DNA from: an uncultured Desulfobacterales bacterium
GTDB taxonomy: Bacteria > Desulfobacterota > Desulfobacteria > Desulfobacterales > C00003060
Assembly (NCBI GenBank): GCA_964430705.1
Contig: CAYSGJ010000186.1
Coordinates: 892 to 64,891 of the forward strand
Direction: 5' to 3'
Length of the DNA: 64,000 nt
In this document: piece by piece, positions 27,523-36,537 of the stretch
How the letters are laid out: each line of letters begins with the position of its first letter
Position numbering within the stretch: position 1 is the first letter of the stretch
Program-made: the position numbers and the translations under genes
The notes under the pieces: generated by a model
Database searches by the model: none
What the model saw: only the letters and a program-made list of their open reading frames with translations
Told to the model about the DNA's origin: nothing

Positions 27523-28823
27523 GCTTGACCTTGGTAGCAATTCTGGGAATTGTTGCCCTTTTTGTTGCCCTGTTTTTTCTCGGTATGCCCGTCGGCTTTG
27601 CCATGGCCATTGTCGGTTTTTGCGGGTTTGGCTACGTCGTTTCGTTTAAAGCCGCTGTAAACATGGTAGGCACCGACCTGTGGTCGACGTTTTCCCGATA
27701 TGGACTAACCGTCATCCCGCTGTTCATTTTCATGGGATACATTGCCTTTCACTCCGGTATTGCCGAAAAACTCTACAATGCTGCCTACAAATGGTTCGGC
27801 CACTGGCGTGGAGGCTTGGCTATTGCAACAATCGGCGCCGACGAGCTTTTCGCAGCCATCTGCGGTTCCAATACGGCTACCGCCGCCACCATGGGAACCG
27901 TGGCTTTGCCGCAGATGAAGAAATACAACTATGACACCAGGTTGAGCAGCGGCACAGTAGTGACCGGCGGCACCCTCGGGACCGTCATGCCTCCCAGTGT
28001 GGTGCTTATTATTATTGGGCTTCAAACAGAACAATCGATTATCAAACTGTTTCTCGGGGGAATACTGCCGGCCGTCCTTTTGGGTTCACTGTTTGTCCTC
28101 ACGATCGTGGTGCTGTGTCGCATTCATCCGAACCTGGGTCCGGCAGGCCCGAAAACCAGTTTTAAGGAAAAACTCAAATCACTCACTGGGATTGTCGAGG
28201 CCCTTGTCATCTTTGTCTTGGTCATCGGCGGTTTGTATGCGGGGATTTTTACCCCCACCGAGGCGGGCGCTGTCGGGGTTTTTTTTACGCTGCTTGTTAC
28301 CGTGATTACCGGAAGGCTGTCCTGGGACGGCCTTTTGCGCTCTATGACAGACACGCTGAAGATCTCCTGCATGGTTTTCGTCCTCGTTGCAGGGGCTATC
28401 ATCTTTGGCCGGTTTCTTGCCAGAACCAGATTGCCCTTCATGGTAGCCGATTTCGTCGTGGGCCTTCCCGTGTCGCCGTTTATTATTTTGGCCTTTGTGC
28501 TCCTGGTCTACTTGATAGGCGGGTGTTTCATTGATTCCCTGGGGTTTCTGGTATTGACCATACCCATCTTTTTCCCCTTGGGTAAAGCCCTGGGCTTTGA
28601 TCCGATTTGGTATGCCATTCTCCTGACCATGGTTACGACCATGGGAGCCATCACCCCGCCGGTGGGCGTTAATATCTATGTCGTAAAAGCATTGGCGCCG
28701 GAAATCCCTCTTAGTACAATTTTTGGCAGCGTGAGCTATTTTTTGTTGGCCTGTATCGTCTGCATTGTCATTCTGATCATTTTCCCTGAGATTGTGTTGC
28801 TGATACCTTCCCTGGTGCATTAA
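27519..28823 (+). CDS. TRAP transporter large permease (DctM-type)
   Basis: The start is chosen at MSLTLVAILGIVALF. It is a polytopic membrane protein typical of DctM. Confidence 0.88.
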   Translation: MSLTLVAILGIVALFVALFFLGMPVGFAMAIVGFCGFGYVVSFKAAVNMVGTDLWSTFSRYGLTVIPLFIFMGYIAFHSGIAEKLYNAAYKWFGHWRGGLAIATIGADELFAAICGSNTATAATMGTVALPQMKKYNYDTRLSSGTVVTGGTLGTVMPPSVVLIIIGLQTEQSIIKLFLGGILPAVLLGSLFVLTIVVLCRIHPNLGPAGPKTSFKEKLKSLTGIVEALVIFVLVIGGLYAGIFTPTEAGAVGVFFTLLVTVITGRLSWDGLLRSMTDTLKISCMVFVLVAGAIIFGRFLARTRLPFMVADFVVGLPVSPFIILAFVLLVYLIGGCFIDSLGFLVLTIPIFFPLGKALGFDPIWYAILLTMVTTMGAITPPVGVNIYVVKALAPEIPLSTIFGSVSYFLLACIVCIVILIIFPEIVLLIPSLVH

Positions 28824-28958
28824 CTTTGATTTACGCTCACGGATGCCGGCAGTGGGACAGGAAGGGTCATTTCCTTTGCTTGCAAGGCTGCGTGAAAACG
28901 CTCTCCTGCTTTGCCCACGCCAAAAAACTTGCACTTTTATGAAATTCACGTAATTTAA

Positions 28959-30254
28959 ATGATCATGCCAAAAACGTTTATGCCGACGGCGACATCGAAA
29001 GAAGAACTAAAAGCCATTCAGGTTGATGGCCTGAAATGGACCGTGAATCATGCCTATAAAGGTTCGCCTTTCTATAGAAAGCGCATGGATGAGGCCGGCG
29101 TAGCGCCGGAAGACATACGATCACTTGATGATTTGAACAGGCTCCCGTTTACCACGGCCGATGATCTGAAGGCGGGCTATCCGTTTCCCCTCTTGTCCGT
29201 TGCCATGGACAAAGTCGTTCGCATTCATGCCTCTTCAGGAACCACGGGAAAAAGAAAGGTCCTTGCCTACACCCGGAAAGACATCAACGACTGGGCCGAC
29301 ATGTTTGCCCGGTGTTACGAGACGGCGGGACTCACAAGACAGGATAAGGTGCAGATTGCTGTGGGTTATGGCCTCTGGACGGCAGGCGCGGGGTTCCAGT
29401 TGGGCTGCGAACGTTTTGGCGCGATGGCCGTCCCGGTAGGACCGGGCAATAGGGATATGCACTGCGAACTCATGGTTGACCTTCAGACCACTGTATTTTG
29501 CTGTACGGCCTCCATGGGACTTCTCATGGCCGAAGAAATCCGGAACCGCGGCCTTAGAGACAAGATCGCGGTGAAGAAGATAATTTTCGGCGCCGAGCGC
29601 CATAGTCCCGCCATGCGAAACAAAATCGAAGAACATTTCGGTATTGATCAAAGTTTTGACATCCCGGGGCTTACAGAGTTGTACGGGCCGGGCACCGGCC
29701 TTGAATGCCAAAAACATGAGGGGGTCCATTACTGGGCGGACTACTATATCCTGGAAATCATTGATCCCGAAACCCTCAGCCCCGTATTGCCCGGTGAGAC
29801 CGGAGAGATGGTGGTCACCACCCTCCGTAAGGAGGCGACCCCTCTGATTCGATACCGGACACGCGATCTGACGCATCTGAAGACCTCCCCTTGTTCCTGC
29901 GGCAGTGTGCTTCCTATGCATGGCCATTTGCTGGGACGCACGGACGACATGTTCATTATTCGAGGGGTCAATGTCTATCCCGGCCAGATCGATGCCCTCC
30001 TTTCGGAACAAACCCGTCTGGGCAGCGAGTATCACGTCGTACTGACACGCACCGAGGGCCGTGATTCCATGACCATCACGGTAGAACAAACAGAATCGTC
30101 GGGGCCATCGCAGGATCGGACCGTTGCGACTGAGCTTGAAGAACAGATTCGCCGCCGGCTCTTGGTTCGAAGCAGGGTTGAGCTGGTACCCTACGGCTCT
30201 CTTCCCCGCACAGAAAGAAAGAGCAGGCGGGTCTTTGACGAAAGAGACCGTTGA
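28959..30254 (+). CDS. Phenylacetate-CoA ligase family (PaaK / coenzyme F390 synthetase-like) adenylate-forming enzyme
   Basis: FTTADDLKAGYPFPLLSV...RIHASSGTTGKRKV...YRTRDLT..GRTDDMFIIRGVNVYP. Confidence 0.85.
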   Translation: MIMPKTFMPTATSKEELKAIQVDGLKWTVNHAYKGSPFYRKRMDEAGVAPEDIRSLDDLNRLPFTTADDLKAGYPFPLLSVAMDKVVRIHASSGTTGKRKVLAYTRKDINDWADMFARCYETAGLTRQDKVQIAVGYGLWTAGAGFQLGCERFGAMAVPVGPGNRDMHCELMVDLQTTVFCCTASMGLLMAEEIRNRGLRDKIAVKKIIFGAERHSPAMRNKIEEHFGIDQSFDIPGLTELYGPGTGLECQKHEGVHYWADYYILEIIDPETLSPVLPGETGEMVVTTLRKEATPLIRYRTRDLTHLKTSPCSCGSVLPMHGHLLGRTDDMFIIRGVNVYPGQIDALLSEQTRLGSEYHVVLTRTEGRDSMTITVEQTESSGPSQDRTVATELEEQIRRRLLVRSRVELVPYGSLPRTERKSRRVFDERDR

Positions 30255-30476
30255 TCATTGACCTCCCGAGACGCCGGCCATGAATTTGCACTGGAGGTTA
30301 TATCCAAAAAAACGCGCAGAGCGGAACCGGAAAAGCATGGGATTGTCATGCAGCCGCGCCGAGAAGGGCCTCAAGATCTCGCCGAATAGTCGGTGATTTT
30401 TCAGAGGCCATTTTTTTTTGAAAGGCCATTGAGAAGGAAAGGGACAAAAGACAGGACGCCTATCGCATGCCACGCA

Positions 30477-30794
30477 TCAACGAGTAGCCCGCTTTGCTAT
30501 GGTGAGTACTTCCACAGACTCTATTTCAACGCTGTGCGTGTCCGCCATGCGCATACACCAGTGCCTGTATCTGCATTTCTCCTCGGCACAGGGAGGAATG
30601 GCTTTCCCAAAGCAGGCCAAGTTGCCTTCACTGATCTGCCTTTTGTGAATGATGGGAGATATCACTTCTTTGAAACATGGATCGCAAAGCGAGGAGCTGA
30701 TATCATCCGGCCCCCAAGGAATGACTGAATTTTTATGCCACTCTTTACCACATTTGACACACTTGACCCGCAACCTGTTCAATATCCCCACCAT
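30477..30794 (-). CDS. Small Cys-rich protein (CxxC...CxxC...CFG...C..C....C)
   Basis: The start is chosen at MVGILNRLRVKCVKCGKEW. It contains ...SLCDPCFKEV... and EGNLACFGKAIPPCAEEKCRYRHWC. It resembles small Cys-rich proteins common in deltaproteobacteria. Function unknown. Confidence 0.5.
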   Translation of the reverse strand: MVGILNRLRVKCVKCGKEWHKNSVIPWGPDDISSSLCDPCFKEVISPIIHKRQISEGNLACFGKAIPPCAEEKCRYRHWCMRMADTHSVEIESVEVLTIAKRATR

Positions 30795-31171
30795 GCCCTT
30801 TGCTGAATGGGATGCCCGGTTCCTTCGGAAAATCCATGCCGGCGCAAAGATTTTTTGTCTATAGTCGATTTGGATAGAAAAATCAAGGACTTTTTTTGGC
30901 AGGGCGGGCGCTTGTTCCAAGGCTTTAAAAAAGCGAACCCTTGGGTTGACTTATTACCGGCGTTTGGTTATAAGTTATACTTAAAAGCTGATGCTGCGTT
31001 TAAGCTAAGATGACATGGCCTGTTGTCATTTTCTTGGTATACGGGTAAACGACATGTACGAAGGATTCATTGATTCAGGATGTGATTTGCGTACAGGGTC
31101 GTCTCGTCGGCACAAAGGTTGTTTTTGATCAGGCCATCGTAGGTCCCGTGCGGAACTACAAGGAGGTTTGT

Positions 31172-31372
31172 ATGTGGCCAAAAGAACTTCCCACAGGGTC
31201 TTGGATTGACTGCCTGGATGCGATCGAGAACGAACTCGGTTCGCTGAGGAGACTCCGAAGCGATACCGGCAAGGGTCATGAGTTTCAGGAAAAACTTTCT
31301 CATCACGAGATGAAGGCCAAATTCGATCTCATCTGGCGATATGCCGGAAAGGCCGTCAAGGATCTTGAATAA
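31172..31372 (+). CDS. Small hypothetical protein (66 aa)
   Basis: An AAGGAGG RBS lies 5 nt before the ATG at 31172. A strong hairpin terminator follows directly. The overlapping minus-strand ORF 31067..31468 lacks both signals. Confidence 0.5.
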   Translation: MWPKELPTGSWIDCLDAIENELGSLRRLRSDTGKGHEFQEKLSHHEMKAKFDLIWRYAGKAVKDLE

Positions 31373-31373
31373 T

Positions 31374-31398
31374 CTTATGGCCATAAGGTGGCCATAAG
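31374..31398 (+). terminator. Intrinsic terminator (10-bp stem) made from an 11-bp tandem repeat
   Basis: CTTATGGCCA-taagg-TGGCCATAAG is followed by a T-rich tract (gtactttatgtttgtttctgtattt). It starts 2 nt after the stop at 31372. Confidence 0.65.
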
Positions 31399-31539
31399 GT
31401 ACTTTATGTTTGTTTCTGTATTTCCCGCCTTGTATCTCGTGGTTTCTGTGTAACCGTCCCGGCAACAATCCCCACTTTTTTTGAACAAATTACGTCAGTA
31501 CCGTAGAAGATGGCGGCCGGCCAACGGGATATTGAAATG

Positions 31540-31568
31540 TTGACAGGCGCAGCAACCTCCCATATACA
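31540..31568 (+). promoter_or_regulatory. Sigma-70-type promoter of the GAF-ANTAR gene
   Basis: TTGACA (31540-45), a 17-nt spacer, then TATACA (31563-68). The -10 element ends only 9 nt before the ATG at 31578. Confidence 0.5.
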
Positions 31569-31577
31569 AAACACGTT

Positions 31578-32273
31578 ATGGCAGATGAAGAAGATTTCCA
31601 GGATCATATTGTAGCCTTGTCCAGAATCAGCAAGGCCATTACCTCCGACCGGTATATTGAAGATATCCTTCGCTTGGTGGTCACTGCCACTGCAGAAACC
31701 ATGCGGTCGAAGATCTGTGCCCTTTGGCTTCTGGAAGAAGACGAAAGCACGTTGAAATTGCGGGCCACCCAGAGCATTAGTGAGGACTATCTGCGTGAGC
31801 GCTCCCTGAAGATTGGAGAAGGGGTTGTCGGCAAGGTTGCCCTTGCCAAACAATCCAGGGCGGTGCTCAATGTACTGGAAGACCCGGATTACAAAGAAAA
31901 AGATCTGGCAAAAAAAGAAGGTCTCATTTCCATGCTCAGCGTGCCCATGGTGGTCAAGGACAGGGTCATCGGCGTGATTAACTGCTACACATCTTATCGC
32001 CACGACTTTTCGGAAATGGAGAAAAACGTGCTGATCACCGTAGCCAATGCGGCGGCCGTGGCTATCGAAAACACCCAATTGATGGTAAAAACCACGGTCA
32101 TTCAAGAGGAATTGGAGTCAAGGAAGTTGGTTGAACGGGCCAAGGATGTCCTCATGGCAAAGCGGGGTCTGAACGGCACCGATGCCTATCGTTGGATTCA
32201 AAAACGCAGTATGGATGCCCGCAAGTCGATGCGCCAGGTTGCCGAGGCGATCCTGCTGACCGAAGAAATGTAA
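31578..32273 (+). CDS. GAF + ANTAR RNA-binding antiterminator-type regulator
   Basis: The N-terminal GAF domain has ICALWLLEEDESTLKLRATQ...VVGKVA...VIGVINCY. The C-terminal ANTAR domain has ELESRKLVERAKDVLMAKRGLNGTDAYRWIQKRSMDARKSMRQVAEAIL. Confidence 0.88.
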   Translation: MADEEDFQDHIVALSRISKAITSDRYIEDILRLVVTATAETMRSKICALWLLEEDESTLKLRATQSISEDYLRERSLKIGEGVVGKVALAKQSRAVLNVLEDPDYKEKDLAKKEGLISMLSVPMVVKDRVIGVINCYTSYRHDFSEMEKNVLITVANAAAVAIENTQLMVKTTVIQEELESRKLVERAKDVLMAKRGLNGTDAYRWIQKRSMDARKSMRQVAEAILLTEEM

Positions 32274-32360
32274 CCGCTGCTTTCCATCTGTCTTTTCTGA
32301 AAAAGGCCTTGACGGCCGACCTTATCTTGATGGTTTTTTCTCGGTTTCCCAATAAACGTC

Positions 32361-32390
32361 TTGACGTTCGTCCTTTAATTTTAGTATAAG
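32361..32390 (+). promoter_or_regulatory. Sigma-70-type promoter for the leader plus the GltB-like gene
   Basis: TTGACG (32361-66), an 18-nt spacer, then TATAAG (32385-90). Confidence 0.45.
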
Positions 32391-32395
32391 TAACA

Positions 32396-32507
32396 TTCCA
32401 GGCGAGATTGTAAGCCGTACTTGCCTGGAACTGGGATACAAAGGCGTATCACCGAAACAAAGACAATGAGGTCCAATGGCCCGCAATGGGTTGTTGGGCC
32501 TTTTTTT
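32396..32507 (+). promoter_or_regulatory. Structured 5' leader with terminator (candidate ANTAR-responsive attenuator)
   Basis: There is an 11-bp hairpin TTCCAGGCGAG...CTTGCCTGGAA (32396-32430). A hexaloop hairpin GATAC-AAAGGC-GTATC follows (32435-50), with loop A1 and G4. CAATG occurs at 32464, 32474 and 32484. The terminator spans 32478-32507. Confidence 0.5.
32478..32507 (+). terminator. Leader intrinsic terminator, 30 nt upstream of the GltB-like start
   Basis: GGCCC-gcaatgggttgtt-GGGCC is followed by TTTTTTT. The AGGAGGA RBS and the ATG at 32537 lie just downstream. Confidence 0.6.
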
Positions 32508-32536
32508 GTCAATACTGCTTAAATGAGGAGGACGCT

Positions 32537-34120
32537 ATGAATTTACATCGACCCAATGCGAACGAGGCCCTGCGGACCAAAAACCGGTCACGTGATGTCG
32601 CGCCTCAATCTGGAATTTGCAGCAGGTGTATTGACGGGTGCAGGGGCAACTGCGACCTGTTCAATGCCACATTCCGTGGAAGAGAATTGTTGTATCCGTC
32701 TCCGTTTGGCGAAATCACCGCAGGCGCCGACAAAGACTATCCGGTGGACTACTCCCATCTCAACATTATGGGGTATGCCCTGGGAGCCGAGGGCGCCGAT
32801 GCTGATTCGGACCGGGCTACTTTTCCGGCCGTAAATACGGAGACATCCTTTGGCGTTACGGATCAGGTGAAGATGAAGATTCCCATGTTCACGGGAGCAC
32901 TGGGCAGTACGGAAATTGCGAGAAAAAACTGGGAACACTTTGCGATCGGTGCCGCCATTACGGGAATCACCCTTGTTTGTGGTGAAAACGTCTGCGGAAT
33001 TGACCCCAAGCTGGCGTTGGACAAACACGGGAAAGTGAAGGACTCACCGGATATGCGGCGCAGAGTGGAAGAATACCGCCGATATCATCAAGGGTACGGG
33101 GATATCCTCGTCCAACTGAATGTAGAAGATACACGGCTTGGCGTCGCCGAATATGTTTTGGACAAACTCGGTGTTGAGACCATTGAGCTGAAATGGGGCC
33201 AGGGCGCCAAGTGTATCGGCGGGGAGATCAAGGTCAACTCTCTGGAGCGGGCCCTGGAACTAAAAAAGCGCGGCTACATTGTAACGCCCGACCCCGAAAG
33301 GAAGGCGAATCAGGCGGCATTCAGGGACGGCGCCATCACCGAGTTTGAACGTCATTCGCGTCTCGGGTTTGTGGACCAAGAAGGCTTTATGGCAGAGGTC
33401 TCGCGACTTCGCACATTGGGCGCCAAGCGTATTACCCTAAAGACCGGCGCCTACCCCATGCGTGAACTGGCCATGGCCATACGTTGGTGTTCTGATGCCA
33501 AAATAGACCTTCTGACCATCGACGGGGCGCCGGGAGGAACCGGTATGAGCCCCTGGCGCATGATGGCTGAATGGGGTATGCCTTCCATTTATCTGCATTC
33601 CATGGCCTATGAACTGTGCCACCGACTTGCCGACAAGGGGGCCCGGGTTCCCGATATTGCCTTTGCAGGCGGCTTTTCATCCGAGGACCACATATTTAAG
33701 GCCCTTGCCCTGGGAGCGCCTTTTTGTAAGGCCGTCTGTATGGGAAGGGCTCTCATGATTCCCGGTATGGTGGGAAAAAATATCGGCCGTTGGATCAACG
33801 GCGAAGACGGCGGTCTTCCCAACACCGTTTCCAAGTATGGTTCCACCAAAGAAGAAATATTCGCATGCTACGAGGAGTTGAAAGAAAAATATGGAAAAGA
33901 AACCGACAAGCTCCCATTAGGGGCCATTGGCATTTATAGTGCTTCGGAAAAAATCCGGGTGGGTCTTCAGCAGTTGATGGCCGGCGCCAGAAAATGGCGT
34001 GTGGACCTCATGTCCAGAAACGACCTGGCCGCTTTGACCGAAGAGGCCTCTAAGATAACCGGGATCCCGTACATTATGGATGCGTACAGAGAGGAAGCAC
34101 TGGCAATCCTGGATGCCTGA
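32537..34120 (+). CDS. Stand-alone glutamate-synthase-related FMN-binding protein (GltB domain-2 family), paralog 1
   Basis: The start is chosen at MNLHRPNANE after an AGGAGGA RBS. The N-terminal Cys cluster is CSRCIDGCRGNCDLF. The family motifs are ELKWGQGAK and IDGAPGGTGMSPWRMM. Confidence 0.85.
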   Translation: MNLHRPNANEALRTKNRSRDVAPQSGICSRCIDGCRGNCDLFNATFRGRELLYPSPFGEITAGADKDYPVDYSHLNIMGYALGAEGADADSDRATFPAVNTETSFGVTDQVKMKIPMFTGALGSTEIARKNWEHFAIGAAITGITLVCGENVCGIDPKLALDKHGKVKDSPDMRRRVEEYRRYHQGYGDILVQLNVEDTRLGVAEYVLDKLGVETIELKWGQGAKCIGGEIKVNSLERALELKKRGYIVTPDPERKANQAAFRDGAITEFERHSRLGFVDQEGFMAEVSRLRTLGAKRITLKTGAYPMRELAMAIRWCSDAKIDLLTIDGAPGGTGMSPWRMMAEWGMPSIYLHSMAYELCHRLADKGARVPDIAFAGGFSSEDHIFKALALGAPFCKAVCMGRALMIPGMVGKNIGRWINGEDGGLPNTVSKYGSTKEEIFACYEELKEKYGKETDKLPLGAIGIYSASEKIRVGLQQLMAGARKWRVDLMSRNDLAALTEEASKITGIPYIMDAYREEALAILDA

Positions 34121-34149
34121 GATGGAAACGGATCACTTGGACGCCCTTT

Positions 34150-34189
34150 AAAAAACGGCGGAACCCCCATCAGGTTTCGCCGTTTTTTT
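34150..34189. terminator. Bidirectional intrinsic terminator between the convergent GltB-like genes
   Basis: AAAAAACGGCG-gaacccccatcaggttt-CGCCGTTTTTTT, with an A-tract and a T-tract on opposite sides. Confidence 0.7.
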
Positions 34190-34242
34190 ACAACCGTCCG
34201 CCATCCGTGCCGTCCGCGTAAACGCCTCTTCGCCGGCACGCG

Positions 34243-35820
34243 CTATCCCAGGATTTTTTCTACTTCCTCCGCGTCCATGTCGGACACCAACGGTATGCCG
34301 CTGACCCTTGACGCATCAGGGGTCAGAGCTGCAACATCATTGGTGCTTATATGTTCGACCGAGAATTTACGCGAACCGCACATCAACTGACGCAGTCCCT
34401 GGGCAAGCCGCTCGTAGTATGTATACAGACCGATAGCCCCCGCGGGAATCCGGTCGTAATCCTTACCGTATTGTCTTTTCAGCTCTTCCGCGGTCACAAA
34501 GATGGACTCCTTGGTTTGTCCGAAGCGCTGGATAAAGATGGGAAGCTCATCGCTTTCTATGGCCTTGCCGATAGTCTTTCCGACCATGGCCGCGGCTAGC
34601 GGCGCCCTTGCCATGGTAATGGCTTTACAATACGGAGCGCACAGGGCCAACCCCTTGAACATCTGATCTTCCATAGTAAATCCGGCAGCCAGCGTGACGT
34701 CGGCAACGTATTCGCCCTTTTGTGCAAGACGATCGCAGTATTTGCGTAGAAGCGACCACAGCTCCACCGTGGGGATGCCCCATTCGTTCATCATGCGCCA
34801 GGGGCTCATGCCGGTGCCCCCGCCGGCCCCGTCAACGGTTAAATAATCGATCTTGGCGACGGACGAAAACTTGACGGCACGGGCCAGGTCCGCCGGCCGA
34901 TACGCACCGGTCTTTAAGGAAATATATTTTGCGCCGGCCTTACGCAGTGCTTCCACCCGCGCCACAAAGGCTTCCTCGGAAACCATCCCCACCCGGGAAT
35001 GCCGCTCAAACTCGGTAAAAAGGCCCTTCTTGAAATCCTCGATCGTCGAAAACTGAAGAGGATCGGGAAGCACCACGTATCCGCGCTTTTTAAGCAGCTG
35101 CGCCTTTTCAAGACTCTTTATTTTCACTTCCCCGCCGATATCTTTAGCCCCTTGTCCCCATTTCAACTCGACGACCTCGACCCCAAGTTTCTCGATGCCG
35201 TACTCCTGGGCCTTCAGGTACGTATCTTCTACATTGGACTGCAAAACAATCGCCCCGTATCCATCACGCTGCCAGTCCTTAAAAAGACTGACCCTACGCT
35301 CCAACTCTGGAGAGCGGATGACCCTGCCATTTTTTATTTCAGCGTTGGCATCCATGCCGCACACATTTTCGCCTATCGTGAGAACGGTCCCCGCCAGCGC
35401 GGAGCCTATGGCAAGACCATCCCAGTTTATCTCAGCCACATTCGTGGAACCGAGGCCCCCGATTACAATCGGCAACCGCAACTTGATCCCCTTGTCGTGT
35501 CCCAGCCTCGTCTCGATGTTTACGTTCGGGAATATCGCCTTGTCGGAATCTTCTTCGATTCCAACAGCCCCCACCGTGGTGCCCATAATGTTGAAATGCG
35601 ACAAATCAACGGGATAGTCCTTCTGAGATGCCATGGTGGTAATTCCGAACGGCTGGGGGTAGATGACTTCATGGCCACGGTATGCGCTTTTTCCTATCTC
35701 GCACATGCCGATGCAGCCATCCACGCAAGTCACGCACATGCCGCTGATCGGGCACCAATCTCCGCCCGTTCTGTTCTTGCTCAACGTGGCGGCAGTTGCA
35801 TTATACCGTGTCAAGGTCAT
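34243..35820 (-). CDS. Stand-alone glutamate-synthase-related FMN-binding protein, paralog 2 (last gene of the NuoEF-like operon)
   Basis: 525 aa with the Cys cluster CVTCVDGCIGMCEIG and the motifs ELKWGQGAK and VDGAGGGTGMSPWRMM. It is clearly paralogous to 32537..34120. Confidence 0.85.
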   Translation of the reverse strand: MTLTRYNATAATLSKNRTGGDWCPISGMCVTCVDGCIGMCEIGKSAYRGHEVIYPQPFGITTMASQKDYPVDLSHFNIMGTTVGAVGIEEDSDKAIFPNVNIETRLGHDKGIKLRLPIVIGGLGSTNVAEINWDGLAIGSALAGTVLTIGENVCGMDANAEIKNGRVIRSPELERRVSLFKDWQRDGYGAIVLQSNVEDTYLKAQEYGIEKLGVEVVELKWGQGAKDIGGEVKIKSLEKAQLLKKRGYVVLPDPLQFSTIEDFKKGLFTEFERHSRVGMVSEEAFVARVEALRKAGAKYISLKTGAYRPADLARAVKFSSVAKIDYLTVDGAGGGTGMSPWRMMNEWGIPTVELWSLLRKYCDRLAQKGEYVADVTLAAGFTMEDQMFKGLALCAPYCKAITMARAPLAAAMVGKTIGKAIESDELPIFIQRFGQTKESIFVTAEELKRQYGKDYDRIPAGAIGLYTYYERLAQGLRQLMCGSRKFSVEHISTNDVAALTPDASRVSGIPLVSDMDAEEVEKILG

Positions 35821-35859
35821 CCTGTAGCTCCTTTCGCTTCTTGTAATAACTGCAATGTA

Positions 35860-36525
35860 TCAAAAGGCCTTATGGCCTTTGCTTCCCACGCTTTCCGAGC
35901 AACCCACGCAAACGGGGCAGGTCTGTACGGGCCGGATATTCTGGCAACCGCCACAAAGGCCGTCCACCAAGTTTCCGGCCAGGCAGGCACGTTCGCACAC
36001 CGGACAGATCCACTCACATCCGCCGCAGTTGCGGCATTCTTCCGGTGTTACCCCGAAGGCGGCGGCAACTTTGCGTGAAGTACCCCGCCCGACAAAACCG
36101 ATGCCTCCGGACTGCATTTGCTCCTTGCAATACCGGACGCAAAGCCCGCAAAGAATGCATCCCTTGTCCTTTATGGTAAATCGGACCTTGTTGACGCCGA
36201 AATTTGACGCCATGTCCTGCAAGGTCTTTGAGTTGGGGCAGGACGACAAAAGAAGTTCCAGAATGATCTTTCTGGCCGCCTTGACTTTTCCGGAGTCCGT
36301 CAGAATCACCTGTCCATCCGAAACCGGCAGGGTGCAGGACGCCTCCAGTGACGAATTGTTGCCCTTGACCACCTCAACAATACAGATGCGGCAGGCGCCG
36401 TATGCGCTCAGACCGGGATGGTGGCAAAGTGTCGGGATGAAAATCCCCAAAGCCGCAGCGGCCTCCAGAACCGTCGTCCCTTTCGGCGCTTTGCTCTTGA
36501 CGCCGTCAATAGTAAGCTCGACCAT
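35860..36525 (-). CDS. 2Fe-2S plus 4Fe-4S iron-sulfur subunit (NuoG/HydA N-terminal-like)
   Basis: MVELTIDGVKSKAPKGTTVLEAAAALGIFIPTLCHHPGLSAYGACRICIVEV, followed by CILCGLCVRYC and CRNCGGCEWICP clusters. Confidence 0.8.
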   Translation of the reverse strand: MVELTIDGVKSKAPKGTTVLEAAAALGIFIPTLCHHPGLSAYGACRICIVEVVKGNNSSLEASCTLPVSDGQVILTDSGKVKAARKIILELLLSSCPNSKTLQDMASNFGVNKVRFTIKDKGCILCGLCVRYCKEQMQSGGIGFVGRGTSRKVAAAFGVTPEECRNCGGCEWICPVCERACLAGNLVDGLCGGCQNIRPVQTCPVCVGCSESVGSKGHKAF

Positions 36526-36537
36526 ATTTGTTCCTCG

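Noticed and set aside
31010-31035. Possible leader terminator (ATGACA-tggcctgt-TGTCAT + TTTCTT) after a TTGACT-17-TATAAG promoter at 30946-74
   Set aside because: The stem is only 6 bp and AT-rich with an interrupted T-tract, which is too weak to call. The promoter itself remains plausible for the 66-aa ORF.
31067-31468. 133-aa minus-strand ORF overlapping the 66-aa plus-strand ORF
   Set aside because: The plus-strand ORF has an AAGGAGG RBS and a terminator directly after its stop. The minus-strand ORF has neither. Neither ORF is proven.
31404-32105. 233-aa minus-strand ORF
   Set aside because: It lies antisense to the GAF-ANTAR gene, whose ANTAR motif is unambiguous.
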